64,000 nt of DNA from Phycisphaerae bacterium (GTDB taxonomy: Bacteria; Planctomycetota; Phycisphaerae; UBA1845; Fen-1342), in contig CAXXWX010000028.1 in NCBI GenBank assembly GCA_963675745.2, positions 82,118 through 146,117 of the forward strand, read 5' to 3'. Both the position numbers and the translations under genes were made by a program. Numbering within the stretch: position 1 is the first letter of the stretch; every line of letters starts with the position of its first letter. Of this stretch, positions 9,921 through 21,866 are shown one piece after another. The notes below the pieces were generated by a model, which saw nothing but the letters and a program-made list of their open reading frames with translations, was not told the origin of the DNA and made no database searches.

Positions 9921-12761
9921 ATGCGATCAGGAATGCGGGTGCTAGGGCTGATGCTCTTTGTTGCCGCCGCCGTGTCGGCGGTCCCGGCGGCTTGGGCTGA
10001 AGAAGGCAAGCTCTTTGATTTTCAGCAGATCGAGCTGGACAACGGTCTCGATGTGGTCACGCTCGAGGACTTCTCGTGCCCGATCGTCACGGTACAGGTC
10101 TGGTACCACGTGGGCTCGAAGGACGAAGACCCCAACCGCCAGGGTTTCGCCCATATGTTCGAGCACATGATGTTCCGCGGGACCGACCACCTCGGCCCCA
10201 AGGACCACTTCGAGCTGATTCGCAAGACCGGCGGCACCAACAACGCCGACACCAGCTTTGACCGCACACGCTACTACCAGACCCTACCGGCCAACCAGCT
10301 CGACCTGGCCCTGTGGCTGGAGGCTGAGCGCATGGCGTTTCTGGCGGTGAACCAGGAAAACTTCGACACCGAGCGCCAGGTGGTCGAGGAAGAGCTGCGG
10401 ATGTACCGCAACCAGCCCTACGGCACGCTTGCCGACCAGATGCTCAATGAGCTCTTCAAGGTCCACCCCTACCGCTGGCTGGTCAGCGGGCGCATCTCGC
10501 ACCTGCGCGCCGCCCACGTGCAGGAGTTGCGTGATTTCTGGATGAAGTATTACCTCCCCAACAACGCCACGCTGATCATCGTCGGCGCGGTCAAGCACGA
10601 GGACGCACAGGCCAAGGCCCGGGAGTACTTTGGCTGGATCTCCCGTGGGCCGGAGCCGCCGCGAGTAACCGCACGCGAACCGATGCCGACGGCGCCGCGC
10701 GAAATCGAAATCAAGGAAGACAACGCCCCCACGCCTCTGGTCGGTTTGTTGTATCACGGCGTGCCGGCATCCCACCCGGACGCGATCGCCCTGAACCTTC
10801 TGACCACGATCCTTGGCGGCGGTGAGAGCAGCCGTCTGTACCGCGACCTGGTGGCCGAGTCTCAAACCGCCGCGATCGCGATGGCCGGGGCGTTCTCGCT
10901 GGAGCAGGCCGGCATTGTCGCCGCCGGAGCGGCTTTGCCCCCGTTGGGTGGCGAATCGGCGGACGCCGTCCAATCCACCATCGCGGAACACGTCGACCGC
11001 GTGCGCAACGAGCTGGTCAGCGAACGCGAGCTGACCAAGGCCAAGAACCAGATGCTCAAGGGCGTCATCCTGCCGCAGCTCACCGTCGAGAGCAAAGCGA
11101 TGGCACTGGGCAATACGGTGATCGACTATGGCGACGCTGCCGCGGTCAATGAGCAACTCGACCGCATCCGCGCCGTCACGCGTGAGGACCTCCAGCGGGT
11201 GGCGCGCGAGTATTTGGCGCCCGACCGCGTGCTGCGCGCCAGTGTGCCGCGCGCCGGCATGATGGGACTTGGGTCGCTGTTTGGCGGCGGTGGGAAATCG
11301 CCGTACCAGCAGGAAGGCCGCGTAACGGCCGAGCCGGAGGAAGAGGCACCGCCGCCCGGGCGTCCGGGCGTGGTACGCCCCGATTCCTATCCGGCCACAC
11401 CGCCCGTGGCCGACGCACGGCTCGACTTTGACTCGAGCATCAACCGCGTTGAGCACAAGCTGCCGAACGGATTGAAGATCATGGTGGTCGAGAATCACGA
11501 GGTGCCGTATGTCACCGCGATGCTTGGCTCGCTGAACGGCGCCTGGACCGAAGAAAAGCCGGGCACCGCATCGATGGCCCTCAGCATGCTCACCAAGGGC
11601 ACCGAGGCACACGACGAGGCCACACTCGCGGAGGAACTGGAGACGTACGCGATCTCCCTGAGCGGCAACGCCGGGATGGACACCGCCTCAATTGAGCTTG
11701 GCTGCCTGACCGAGCAGATCGAGCGTGGCGTGGATTTCATGGCCGAGATTGTCCTCACGCCCACGTTCCCCGAGGAGGAATTCAAGAAGCTGGTCAACCA
11801 GGCCCGCACCGGCATGACCATCCAGGAGACGCAGCCGGAGTACATGGCCGACCGCGAGCTGCGCCGGTTACTCTGGGGCGACCACCCGTATTCGCGGACG
11901 CCCGAGGGTGAGCTGAAGGATCTTGATCACCTGCGCGTCAGTGACCTGCGCAACTGGTGGGAGGCCAACGCGCGCCCCGAGGACAGCGTGCTGATCTTCT
12001 CCGGCGACATCGCCCCCAAGCACGCCATCGCCCTGGCCGAAAAGGCGTTCAGCTCGTGGGTCGCGAAGGCGCCCAAGCCCGAGCTCACGCTGGCCCCCTT
12101 CCCTCAACAGGAAGCGCGCCACATATACCTCGTCGATCGCCCCGGCAAGCAGGCACAGATTCGCGTGGCCCAGCTCGGCATCACGCGTAACCATCCGCAT
12201 TACTTCGTCAGCCGGGTCGTCAACGGCTATTTCGGCGGCTCCTTCGGCAGCCGTCTGATGGATTCCCTGCGCGTCGAGAAGGGCCTGACCTATGGCGTCG
12301 GTGGCGGGTATCGGGCGTATCGTTTTGGTGGTCGCTTCATCGTGTCCACGTTCAGCAAGAACCAGTCAACCGCCGAGGCGGTCCAGGCGATCTTCGATGA
12401 GATCGAGAGGCTCAGAGCTGAGCAGCCGACCGAGGATGAGATCGGCACCTTCCGGTCTTACGCGCTGGGGAGTTTCGCCGCCGAGCGGGAAACGCCTCAG
12501 CAGGTGGCCGGCAATCTGTGGCTGCTCGAGTACGCCGGGTTGTCGGATGACTACTTCCAGCGGCTGCTCGACGGTATATCGGCGACCAGTGCGGAAGATT
12601 GTCTGGAGCTGGCCAAGGCGACGCTGGACCCGGACAAGATGATTGTGGTCGTGGTCGGCAGTGCCAAGAAGCTCGAAGAGGATCTGGCCAAGATCGCCCC
12701 GGTCACCGTGATCAAGCCCGGCGAAGAAAAGCCGAAGGAGGTCGCCCGGGCCGGAAACTAG
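9921..12761 (+). CDS. M16 family (insulinase/pitrilysin-like) zinc metallopeptidase, two-module fusion, secreted
   Basis: HMFEH inverted zinc motif, NADTSFDRT, EE downstream ligand, C-terminal R..KGLTY; AGGAGG SD. Confidence 0.93.
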   Translation: MRSGMRVLGLMLFVAAAVSAVPAAWAEEGKLFDFQQIELDNGLDVVTLEDFSCPIVTVQVWYHVGSKDEDPNRQGFAHMFEHMMFRGTDHLGPKDHFELIRKTGGTNNADTSFDRTRYYQTLPANQLDLALWLEAERMAFLAVNQENFDTERQVVEEELRMYRNQPYGTLADQMLNELFKVHPYRWLVSGRISHLRAAHVQELRDFWMKYYLPNNATLIIVGAVKHEDAQAKAREYFGWISRGPEPPRVTAREPMPTAPREIEIKEDNAPTPLVGLLYHGVPASHPDAIALNLLTTILGGGESSRLYRDLVAESQTAAIAMAGAFSLEQAGIVAAGAALPPLGGESADAVQSTIAEHVDRVRNELVSERELTKAKNQMLKGVILPQLTVESKAMALGNTVIDYGDAAAVNEQLDRIRAVTREDLQRVAREYLAPDRVLRASVPRAGMMGLGSLFGGGGKSPYQQEGRVTAEPEEEAPPPGRPGVVRPDSYPATPPVADARLDFDSSINRVEHKLPNGLKIMVVENHEVPYVTAMLGSLNGAWTEEKPGTASMALSMLTKGTEAHDEATLAEELETYAISLSGNAGMDTASIELGCLTEQIERGVDFMAEIVLTPTFPEEEFKKLVNQARTGMTIQETQPEYMADRELRRLLWGDHPYSRTPEGELKDLDHLRVSDLRNWWEANARPEDSVLIFSGDIAPKHAIALAEKAFSSWVAKAPKPELTLAPFPQQEARHIYLVDRPGKQAQIRVAQLGITRNHPHYFVSRVVNGYFGGSFGSRLMDSLRVEKGLTYGVGGGYRAYRFGGRFIVSTFSKNQSTAEAVQAIFDEIERLRAEQPTEDEIGTFRSYALGSFAAERETPQQVAGNLWLLEYAGLSDDYFQRLLDGISATSAEDCLELAKATLDPDKMIVVVVGSAKKLEEDLAKIAPVTVIKPGEEKPKEVARAGN

Positions 12762-12879
12762 AGTCTCTGCGCCAGGGCGTGGCGCTTGGCCCCCGAGTTG
12801 GACGTGCGCGGCGGGACAGTGCGCGAGCGGAATGACGGCCGGCTCGGGGGCCGGCCGCCATTACATGGGAGATGGCAAC

Positions 12880-13320
12880 ATGACCGATCCGTTTTTGCTA
12901 GCCGCGCTCGATGAGGCTAAGCAAGGCGCGGTGGAGGGTGGCATCCCGATTGGATCAGTGCTGGTCATCGATGGACAGATCGTCGGCCGTGGGCACAATC
13001 GCCGCGTCCAGCGTGGCAGCGCGATTCTGCACGCCGAGATGGACTGCCTCGAAAACGCCGGCCGTTTGGGGGCGGCCGATTACTCCCGCGCGACGCTCTA
13101 TTCCACGCTGTCGCCGTGTGATATGTGCAGTGGTGCCGCCCTGCTGTACGGCATTCCGAAGATCGTGATCGGCGAGAACAAGACCTTCCAGGGCCCGGAG
13201 GATTATGTGCGTTCGCGCGGCGTGCAACTGGAGATCGTCAACGACGCCGACTGCATCCGCCTGATGCGCGACTTCATCGAGGCGCACCCCGAGCTGTGGA
13301 ACGAAGACATCGGCGAATGA
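12880..13320 (+). CDS. Cytosine/nucleoside deaminase (fungal FCY1-like fold)
   Basis: GGIPIGSVL, HAEMDCLENAG, LSPCDMC zinc motifs, WNEDIGE C-terminus. Confidence 0.85.
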   Translation: MTDPFLLAALDEAKQGAVEGGIPIGSVLVIDGQIVGRGHNRRVQRGSAILHAEMDCLENAGRLGAADYSRATLYSTLSPCDMCSGAALLYGIPKIVIGENKTFQGPEDYVRSRGVQLEIVNDADCIRLMRDFIEAHPELWNEDIGE

Positions 13321-13365
13321 GGCGCCGCCCCGCGGATGCGTAGCGTCCCAAAGACGCGTGGTGGC

Positions 13366-13457
13366 CCGAAGACACGTAGCGTCCGATCCCCGAGTCGGAC
13401 GTGCCTCGACAACGTGGCGTAGAGCCGCAGGGTGGGTCGAGCGCAGCGCGACCTGCC
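13366..13457. repeat. GTAG-type REP-like palindromes between convergent genes
   Basis: GTAG-CGTCCGA-8nt-TCGGACG (13376-13401) and GCAG-GGTGGGTCG...CGACCTGCC (13427-13457). Confidence 0.6.
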
Positions 13458-13472
13458 ATGGCAACCGTTCCA

Positions 13473-16400
13473 TCACACCCGCACATCACGCTGCGCCTGA
13501 TGTGCCTTGCCGAGCTGCTTGCGCAATATCGCCAACAGCGTTGGCGTCTCGAGGTACGCTTTCGACAAGCGCCAGTGGACGGTCTTCGGATCGGGCATGC
13601 GCGGCGAGCCGGGGCCGTCGTTGAAGAGCTCGTCGACACGCGCCAGATCATCGACCGAAAATACAACGTCCGGCGGTCTCAGCACCATCGCGCGGATGCC
13701 CCAGCCGGCCGCCAGCACGCGAATCTCGGCCAGATCGAGCAAGGTCTGCACATCGTCCGGCAACGCACCAAACGCGTCGCGCAGGTCGGCGTCAAGTGTT
13801 TTAAGGTCCTCCGGCGTCGCGCAGCTTGTCAGCCGCTTGTACACGTCCATGCGCTGCCGCTCTGAACGGATGTACGCGCGCGGGATCGATGCCGCTATAC
13901 CCAGTTCGAGATTGACCGGCTTCCACTCGCGCTTGGGCTCATTGCGCTGTTGGCGCACCGCGTTCTCCAGAAGCTGGCAGTACATCTCGTAGCCGACGGC
14001 CTCGATATGGCCGGATTGCTCGGCCCCCAGGATGTTGCCCGCGCCGCGTATCTCCAGATCACGCATCGCGATCTGGAAGCCCGCTCCCAGATCGCTGTAA
14101 TACTCGATCGCTTTCAGCCGGCGCGCGGCGTTCTCCTTGACGGGGTGCTTGGGAGAGATCAGCAGGTAGCAATACGCCCGGTGTTTCGAGCGTCCAACCC
14201 GGCCGCGGAGCTGGTGCAAATCGGCCAGCCCGAACCGTTCCGGGCGATTGATGATCATGGTGTTGGCCGTCGGCACGTCCAGGCCCGATTCGATGATGTT
14301 CGTCGACACGAGCACGTCAGCCTCGCGGTGAAAGAACTTCAGCATCACCGCTTCGAGTTCGCGCCCCGCCATCTGGCCATGGCCGACCACCACGCGCGCT
14401 TCCGGCACGATTGAGCGCACCTTGTTTGCCACAGTGTCCAGGTCGCGCACGAAGTTGTGTACGAAGTACACCTGCCCGTCGCGGTTCAGCTCACGCAGAA
14501 TCGCGTCACGCACCAGGTGATCATCCCAACGCCGCACCTGCGTCACGATGGCGCGCCGGTCGAGCGGCGGCGTCTGGAGCGACGAGATGTCTCTGATCCC
14601 GAGCATTGCCATGTGCAGCGTGCGCGGAATCGGCGTGGCGCTGAGCGTCAGCACGTCGACCGTGGCGCGCAGACGCTTCAACCGCTCCTTGGCTTCCACG
14701 CCAAAGCGTTGCTCCTCGTCGATGACCACCAACCCCAGGTCGGCAAACTTAATGTCCTTTGACAGCAACCGGTGCGTACCGATGAGGATGTCCACGCCAC
14801 CCTTGCGGGCACGTTCGACGATTCGGTCCTGCTCTTTCTTTGTGCGAAAACGCGAAATGGAATCCACTCTGAACGGGAAGTCGGCAAGACGCTCGGTGAA
14901 GGTCTCGTGGTGCTGTTCGGCCAGCACGGTCGTCGGCACGAGCACGGCCACCTGCTTTCCGTACTCGACAACCTTGAACGCCGCCCGAATCGCCAGTTCG
15001 GTCTTGCCATAGCCCACGTCGCCGCAGAGCAGGCGGTCCATCGGCCGCTGGCGGGTCATGTCGGCCTTTAGCTCGTCCAGGGTACGGAGCTGGTCTTCGG
15101 TTTCGTCGTAGAGAAATGCCCCCTCGAACTCACGCTGCCACGTGGTATCGGCGGGGTAAGCGATGCCCGGCTGGGCGGCGCGCTGCGCCTGGATCGCCAG
15201 CAGTTCGGCGGCCAGGTCGGTGACGGCTTCGGTCACGCGTTCCTTGGTCCGCTTCCAGGCCGATCCGCCGAGCTTGCTGAGCTTGGGCTTGCCGCGGAAG
15301 CCCCCGACGTATTTCTGCACGACGTGAATCTGGCTGACCGGCACATGGATCACGGCTCGGTCGGCGAACTCGACCGCCAGGTATTCCTCACGCCGTTCGG
15401 CGCGATCGATGGTCTTGAGGCCCTGGAACTTGCCGATCCCGTGCAGCACGTGTACGACGTGGTCGCCGGGACTCAGGTCGAGGAACGTGTCGATCGGCCG
15501 GCCGGCCGGCACGCGGCGTAACGTGCGCCGTTGCCGGTAGCGTCCGAAGACCTCGTGGTGCGGCACATACGCGGTGCCCCCCCACCGGAACCCGCGGTGC
15601 ATCACGCCGATGGTCGTGTGAACCCGCGTTGTCTGATCGGGCAGTTCCGCCAGCAACTCGTGAAAACGCTGCTGCTCGGGCTGATTATCGCAGATGACCC
15701 ACACATCGCACTCAGCCTCGAGCTCCACCAGGCCGCGCAGCGCGTCGGGCGTCTTGGCTTCAAACTGGGGCAGACTGCTGACGCCCAGGGACACCGACCG
15801 TTCGGCCCCCTTCGAGAACCGTTCCAGGTAGAGTTGGGCGAAGTCATTGGCACGGCGGAACAGGGCCTCGACCGGGATCATCCCAGCCCGTTCGCCGAGG
15901 CGCTGCATATAGGTGCGGCCGAGCTCCTGTATGTCGGCGGGCTCGTGAAAGGCCAGCAGCGTGTTCTCGGGCAATAGCGCCAGCAGGCTGGTAGTCTGCG
16001 CGCCGCGCTGCATGTCCGACTTCGTCACGTCACGGGCAACCGACAGCGCGGGAATCCGCACGGCCGCCACAGCCTGGGCCGAGCGTTGCGTGCCGGCGTC
16101 GAAGTAGCGGATCGACTCGATCTCGTCGCCGAAGAACTCGATGCGCACCGGGTCGGCCTGCGCGTTTGAAAAGACATCGACAATTCCGCCGCGCCGCGCG
16201 AAATCGCCCGGCACTTCGACCTGGTCGCAGCGTGTGAAGCCATGCTCGGTCAGCCAGGAGACGAGTAGCTCGGGGTCGCGCTTGTCGCCGCCTTCGATCC
16301 GCAGCGAATGTGCGTTGATCGTCTCCGGCGACGCCACCGGCTGCATCAACGCGAGGATCGGAGCGACAATGCAGATCGGCGGGCACGGCTCCTGGTTGCC

Positions 16401-16775
16401 GTCCACCCCGCTTTCCGCGGCCACGTCCCAGCCACTGCGCTGATCCAGGTTCATCAGTCGCAGGCACAAGCGCAGCCGCTCACCGGCGAGCTCGTCTGAT
16501 GCCTCGGAGTCAGTCGGCGTCGCCTCAAGCTGGGGGAAAACCTCGGGCAGCACGCCCAGAATCGTCTCAATGTCATCACGGTGGTGGTCGGCGTCATCGG
16601 CGTGGGCGGTCAACAACAGCAGCGGCCGCCCCAGCCCCGCCGCGGTCAGCGCCGCCACTATGGGCGCGGACGATCCCCACAGTCCATCGGCGGTGACGGG
16701 GGTCTGAGCTTGCCCGATCAATCGCCTCAGGGCTTTGAGTTGCGAGTCTTTGCGGATGGGTGCAAACGCATCCAC
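13473..16775 (-). CDS. mfd: Transcription-repair coupling factor
   Basis: UvrB-homology region (RGGIVDVF), RID (GDHVVHVLHGIG), GDVGYGKTE, IDEEQRFG, SATPIPRT, QLRGRVGRS, TRG motif. Confidence 0.97.
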   Translation of the reverse strand: MDAFAPIRKDSQLKALRRLIGQAQTPVTADGLWGSSAPIVAALTAAGLGRPLLLLTAHADDADHHRDDIETILGVLPEVFPQLEATPTDSEASDELAGERLRLCLRLMNLDQRSGWDVAAESGVDGNQEPCPPICIVAPILALMQPVASPETINAHSLRIEGGDKRDPELLVSWLTEHGFTRCDQVEVPGDFARRGGIVDVFSNAQADPVRIEFFGDEIESIRYFDAGTQRSAQAVAAVRIPALSVARDVTKSDMQRGAQTTSLLALLPENTLLAFHEPADIQELGRTYMQRLGERAGMIPVEALFRRANDFAQLYLERFSKGAERSVSLGVSSLPQFEAKTPDALRGLVELEAECDVWVICDNQPEQQRFHELLAELPDQTTRVHTTIGVMHRGFRWGGTAYVPHHEVFGRYRQRRTLRRVPAGRPIDTFLDLSPGDHVVHVLHGIGKFQGLKTIDRAERREEYLAVEFADRAVIHVPVSQIHVVQKYVGGFRGKPKLSKLGGSAWKRTKERVTEAVTDLAAELLAIQAQRAAQPGIAYPADTTWQREFEGAFLYDETEDQLRTLDELKADMTRQRPMDRLLCGDVGYGKTELAIRAAFKVVEYGKQVAVLVPTTVLAEQHHETFTERLADFPFRVDSISRFRTKKEQDRIVERARKGGVDILIGTHRLLSKDIKFADLGLVVIDEEQRFGVEAKERLKRLRATVDVLTLSATPIPRTLHMAMLGIRDISSLQTPPLDRRAIVTQVRRWDDHLVRDAILRELNRDGQVYFVHNFVRDLDTVANKVRSIVPEARVVVGHGQMAGRELEAVMLKFFHREADVLVSTNIIESGLDVPTANTMIINRPERFGLADLHQLRGRVGRSKHRAYCYLLISPKHPVKENAARRLKAIEYYSDLGAGFQIAMRDLEIRGAGNILGAEQSGHIEAVGYEMYCQLLENAVRQQRNEPKREWKPVNLELGIAASIPRAYIRSERQRMDVYKRLTSCATPEDLKTLDADLRDAFGALPDDVQTLLDLAEIRVLAAGWGIRAMVLRPPDVVFSVDDLARVDELFNDGPGSPRMPDPKTVHWRLSKAYLETPTLLAILRKQLGKAHQAQRDVRV

Positions 16776-16872
16776 GCCGCGATCTTACGCAACCAGGCGC
16801 CGCGACGCCACCCCGCGTTTGTGTCGTTTCCACCGGAGTGATTTGGCTGCGCCATGCGGCCCGGCATGCGAT

Positions 16873-16952
16873 GTAACGGCCGGCGCCTCGCCGGACGCCG
16901 AATGTCAGAAGCGTCGTCTTGCGCCGACGGCCTGCGAGGCACAGGCCGCTAC
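16873..16952. repeat. REPIN-like ~80-bp element
   Basis: gtaacggccggcgcctcgccggacg...cgacggcctgcgaggcacaggccgctac; 16925-16953 is 28/29 identical to 25394-25422. Confidence 0.7.
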
Positions 16953-17017
16953 AGCGCTGTTCGCGCGAACTGCAGACGACGCCAGACGCACGCTGGTCAT
17001 CGTGACCCCCGGAAAGT

Positions 17018-18068
<1,051 letters not shown>

Positions 18069-18076
<8 letters not shown>

Positions 18077-18599
18077 GCGCGCCCTGGATTGGCAAACGTC
18101 CCTCGTCAAATGCCTGCCGCAGGCGCTCATACGCCGCCCGGTAGGCCACGAAACGCAGATGATACTCGCCGCGGAGACGTTCGTCAGGCGCCTTGTCGGG
18201 GTGCCAGTCCTGCGAAACCCGGCGCCAGGCAGCCTTCAGGTCGTCGAGCGTTGCGGAAGGTGTCAGTTCGAATAGTGCCAGCGCGTCAGCTTCCGGAAGC
18301 TCGCGCGCGCCGCGCTCAACCTCGGATGCAACCGCCGTCCGCGTCTCCTGGTCAGTTACGGCGTGCCACCAGTCCCACTCCCACGCGTCCGGCAGAATCG
18401 CCCCCAGACGCGTACCCATCACAGTCATTGAGCGCGTGAACGGCCGCCCGCGCAGGCCCAGCACGCTGTCGATGAACGTGCCGGTCGCAGCGGCGAACAT
18501 CCCACCGACGCGCGCGGTCTTACGTCGCGTACGGCCACTCTTACCTTTCAGCAGCGGCGTCACGTTGTCACGCCAGACCCGCTGAAAGAAACGCCGCAT
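18069..18599 (-). CDS. C-terminal J-domain (DnaJ-type) protein
   Basis: LKAAWRRVSQDWHPDK...AAYERL J-domain with HPD; overlaps the MoxR start by 8 bp; start codon uncertain (18599 or 18638). Confidence 0.75.
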
Positions 18600-18678
18600 G
18601 GCGGGTGAATCGCCTGGTTTGCCTCGCGTCACGGCCACCTCGCTGGATCACAGCCCCGCCGCCCGTGCCGCGGGACAC

Positions 18679-18700
18679 CAGACAGGTTATAACATGTCTG
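18679..18700. promoter_or_regulatory. 22-bp palindrome, candidate operator or bidirectional promoter core
   Basis: CAGACAgGTTATAACaTGTCTG, 10 of 11 pairs, between divergent genes. Confidence 0.4.
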
Positions 18701-18755
18701 TCGAGGCCGCGGCAGGGCGCCGCCGGCCGGTTCGTCATTCGCCGGAGTCAACGCC

Positions 18756-19319
18756 GTGGTCGAGTGGATCGCACAGCACCGGGCAAACGTCGGCCTTTGG
18801 GTGTGGGTCGGTGCACTTGTCGGGCTGGGTCTCACATCAGCGCCGGTGATCGTACACTGGCGCCACAGACGCCGCGCATCGCTTGCCGACCCGGCGAGAT
18901 TGCTCGATCCGATGCCACGTCCCCTGCCGCTCTACGCCGCCGCCCTGGCGCTGGCACTGCCCGCGGGGATTACCGCCGCTGTCGCCGCGGCGCCGCTGCC
19001 GGTATGGGCCGCGGCCATCGTCTGTTTCGGCGTCGCCCATCTGACACGCTGGCGAATCGCGGCCGCATCCGGCGTGGGCCTGCTTGCCGCGGGCTGTGTG
19101 GCCTGGGGACAGCTATTCGAACCTCTGCCGGCCCGGCGCGGCGTATTGCTGGGCGCCGCTGGAGCGGTCGTGGTGCTGGCCAGCCTCGGCCGCTACTGGT
19201 CACGACAACTGCACAACCGCCACGCGTGGACGACCGCCGGCCGGCTCGTGCCATATTGCTATGCGATCGCGTTGATCACGGGGATCGCGGCGGTTGCCGT
19301 GGTGTGTTTTCTGCCGTAA
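18756..19319 (+). CDS. Hypothetical integral membrane protein
   Basis: About 5-6 hydrophobic segments; fills the gap upstream of mntR. Confidence 0.6.
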   Translation: MVEWIAQHRANVGLWVWVGALVGLGLTSAPVIVHWRHRRRASLADPARLLDPMPRPLPLYAAALALALPAGITAAVAAAPLPVWAAAIVCFGVAHLTRWRIAAASGVGLLAAGCVAWGQLFEPLPARRGVLLGAAGAVVVLASLGRYWSRQLHNRHAWTTAGRLVPYCYAIALITGIAAVAVVCFLP

Positions 19320-19409
19320 GAAGGCAGGCATTGCGGTGGACCGATAGAGGTGTGGGACTTACGGTAGGTGTTGAGCCGCGCGCGACACCGTAAGACTGGA
19401 TGCAAACAC

Positions 19410-19895
19410 GTGCCCAATAAGAAGCCCAACGCCAAGCCCAGGACCAGCGCCGGCCCAGCCCGACGCACTCGTCCTACCAGCCGCATGGCCGACAGCAACG
19501 CATCGCGCCACAACAAGACCCGGCGCGACCACGCCTCCGAGACCGCCGAAGACTATGTCGAGCTGATCAGCCAGCTTATCCGCGAGTGTGGGGAGGCGCG
19601 CGCCGTTGACATTGCCAGGCACCTGGGCGTGTCTCACGTGACGGTCACCAAGACCGTCTCAAGGTTGCAGGCGGAGGGGTTGGTGCACACGGCCCCCTAT
19701 CGCTCCATCTTCCTGACCGAAAAAGGCGAGACTCTGGCGAAATGGTCCGAGGCCCGCCATGCCCTTGTCGTCGAGTTTCTGCTCAAGCTCGGCGTTAACC
19801 CCGATGATGCCGAGCGCGACTCAGAAGGCGTCGAGCACCACCTCAGCGAAGCAACATTGGAGGCAATCCGGCGTTTTCTCGGAGCCGACGAGTAA
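19410..19895 (+). CDS. mntR: DtxR/MntR family metal-dependent transcriptional regulator
   Basis: EDYVELI, ARAVDIARHLGVSHVTVTK HTH, RH..V.EFL..LGV...AERDSEGVEHHLS; no C-terminal SH3/FeoA domain; start uncertain. Confidence 0.85.
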   Translation: MPNKKPNAKPRTSAGPARRTRPTSRMADSNASRHNKTRRDHASETAEDYVELISQLIRECGEARAVDIARHLGVSHVTVTKTVSRLQAEGLVHTAPYRSIFLTEKGETLAKWSEARHALVVEFLLKLGVNPDDAERDSEGVEHHLSEATLEAIRRFLGADE

Positions 19896-20040
19896 CGCGG
19901 ACGCTTGCCGAAGAATTCTGGTCATCTATAATCCGGCCCATGTGATCAGCACTTCGAGGGCCCCCGCGCCGGCACGGTCCACAATGGACCGCGGCGGCCA
20001 ACAGGAACGGGCCCGTCACGGGATTCGAACGGAGGCGAGC

Positions 20041-21849
20041 ATGCCTGAGCAACCAACTGAGATTCGGCGAGTCGCGTGGTCACAGGTCTTCCCGTTCATT
20101 CGGCTGTTTCGCACTTTTGGGCTCGCGGCGAACTCCACGCGCCTGGCCCTGGCTTTCCTGTGTATCCTGACGATCTACATCGGCGCACGGATTCTCGACC
20201 AGGTGTGGATCGCGGCCGGCAGCGGCGTCGCTTTGACCACAGAGTCGCTGGCCGGGCCGACGCAAGCCATCACCGAGATCGATGTGTACGCCACCGGTAC
20301 GTCCGAAGGGCTCGAACTGTGGCGGTCATTGCGCGACAGGCAGCAAGAACAGGCCGCCGAACGCGTCGCGGCATTTGAGGAGGATGACAAAACGCCCGAT
20401 CTTGCCGCCGCCGGCGACCTGGTCGATCAGTGGCTTGACCAGCGCATCGAGCAGATCAACGCGGATGAGGATGCCACCAGCGACGAACAAGCCGCGCAGC
20501 GCGAAGAAGCATACCTGGCAGCCGATGTGCTGCGGTTCTCATTGGCGGGCAAGGATTTGGCGCCACTGGGGCGAGCGACCAGCGCGCAGAACGCGATCGG
20601 GCTACTGTCCCCCGCTGATGCCACCGCGGAGCAGCAACAGCAACTGGTGCGCGCGATCAGCTACCGTGAAGCCAAACGTCAGTTGGATCGTTGCACACCG
20701 CGCGGCCCCTTTGCCGTATTGATGGAATACGACATGCGCTGCCTGGCAGCGGGGATTCAGGGCGTCTTTGCCGGCCGGCTGGGCACTTCCGGCGGGGTTA
20801 ACTCCCCCGAACCGGCGCTGCTTGGCTGCATGATCTCGGTCGGCGCCGGATCCAGTTGGCTGATCACGCAACGACCCTGCTACGCCGCAATGTTCGGGAT
20901 CATGAAGCTGGTGATTGTCGGGCTCTTCGGCGTGGCGATCTGTCGACACTCGGCCGTGCAATCCGCGCGCGACGAGTCCATCGGGTTCACCGCCGCCATC
21001 AAGTTTGCCCGCGGTAAGTGGAAGGAGTCCATCCTCGCACCGCTCATCCCGATCGGCATCATTATCATCGGCGCCGTCTGCCTGCTGGCCGGCGGGTTGA
21101 TCGGGGCTATTCCCGCGGTCGGGCACGTAGTCTCCGGCGTGCTCTATGGACTCGCCCTGCTCGGCGGCTTCGCCCTTGCGCTCGTGTTCATCGGGTTTGT
21201 CCTGGGCGCGCACCTCATGTGGCCGACCATCGCCGTGGAAAGCTCCGACGCCTTCGACGCCGTGCAACGCGGCTTCGGGTATATCGGTCAGCGTATCTGG
21301 AATGCGGCGTTTTATGGTGTGGCCCTGATGGTCTACGGCGCGATTTCCGTGGCGATGGTGCGCCTGATCGCCATGCTCGTGCTCAAGCTGACGCATGCCT
21401 TCACGGGCATCGGTATTGGATTCTTCGGCCATTTGACCAGCAGCCAGACCGCCACCGTGTCCAAGCTGGATGCGATGTGGTCGATGCCGGAGTGGAGTGA
21501 GTTGCCTCTCCTGCCGATGGCCGGACGCGTGCCCTTCTGGGGCGAGTTTGCCCTCGCACCGCTCAGCGGCACCGAGATGGTGGCGATGTGGCTGATCGCC
21601 TGCTGGGTCTTCATGCTCGTCACACTGGTCGCCGCTTTTATCATCAGCTTCTATTTCTGCGGCGTCACGGAGGTGTATTTCCTGCTGCGGCGTGATGTGG
21701 ACGCGACCGACTGGGAGGAGATTTACTACGAAGAAGATGACGATCTCCTCGCGATGGAAACCGCCGATGCGACAACGCCCTCCGACTCTCCGGCCGATGC
21801 CGCGGAGCAAGCGGAACCCGACGCGGCCGATGACTCGGAATCTTCATAG
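20041..21849 (+). CDS. Hypothetical multi-pass membrane protein with acidic C-terminus
   Basis: GGAGG SD before ATG 20041; N-terminal TM, soluble loop, then several TM helices. Confidence 0.75.
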   Translation: MPEQPTEIRRVAWSQVFPFIRLFRTFGLAANSTRLALAFLCILTIYIGARILDQVWIAAGSGVALTTESLAGPTQAITEIDVYATGTSEGLELWRSLRDRQQEQAAERVAAFEEDDKTPDLAAAGDLVDQWLDQRIEQINADEDATSDEQAAQREEAYLAADVLRFSLAGKDLAPLGRATSAQNAIGLLSPADATAEQQQQLVRAISYREAKRQLDRCTPRGPFAVLMEYDMRCLAAGIQGVFAGRLGTSGGVNSPEPALLGCMISVGAGSSWLITQRPCYAAMFGIMKLVIVGLFGVAICRHSAVQSARDESIGFTAAIKFARGKWKESILAPLIPIGIIIIGAVCLLAGGLIGAIPAVGHVVSGVLYGLALLGGFALALVFIGFVLGAHLMWPTIAVESSDAFDAVQRGFGYIGQRIWNAAFYGVALMVYGAISVAMVRLIAMLVLKLTHAFTGIGIGFFGHLTSSQTATVSKLDAMWSMPEWSELPLLPMAGRVPFWGEFALAPLSGTEMVAMWLIACWVFMLVTLVAAFIISFYFCGVTEVYFLLRRDVDATDWEEIYYEEDDDLLAMETADATTPSDSPADAAEQAEPDAADDSESS

Positions 21850-21866
21850 CGGTCACTCTCGGGCAG

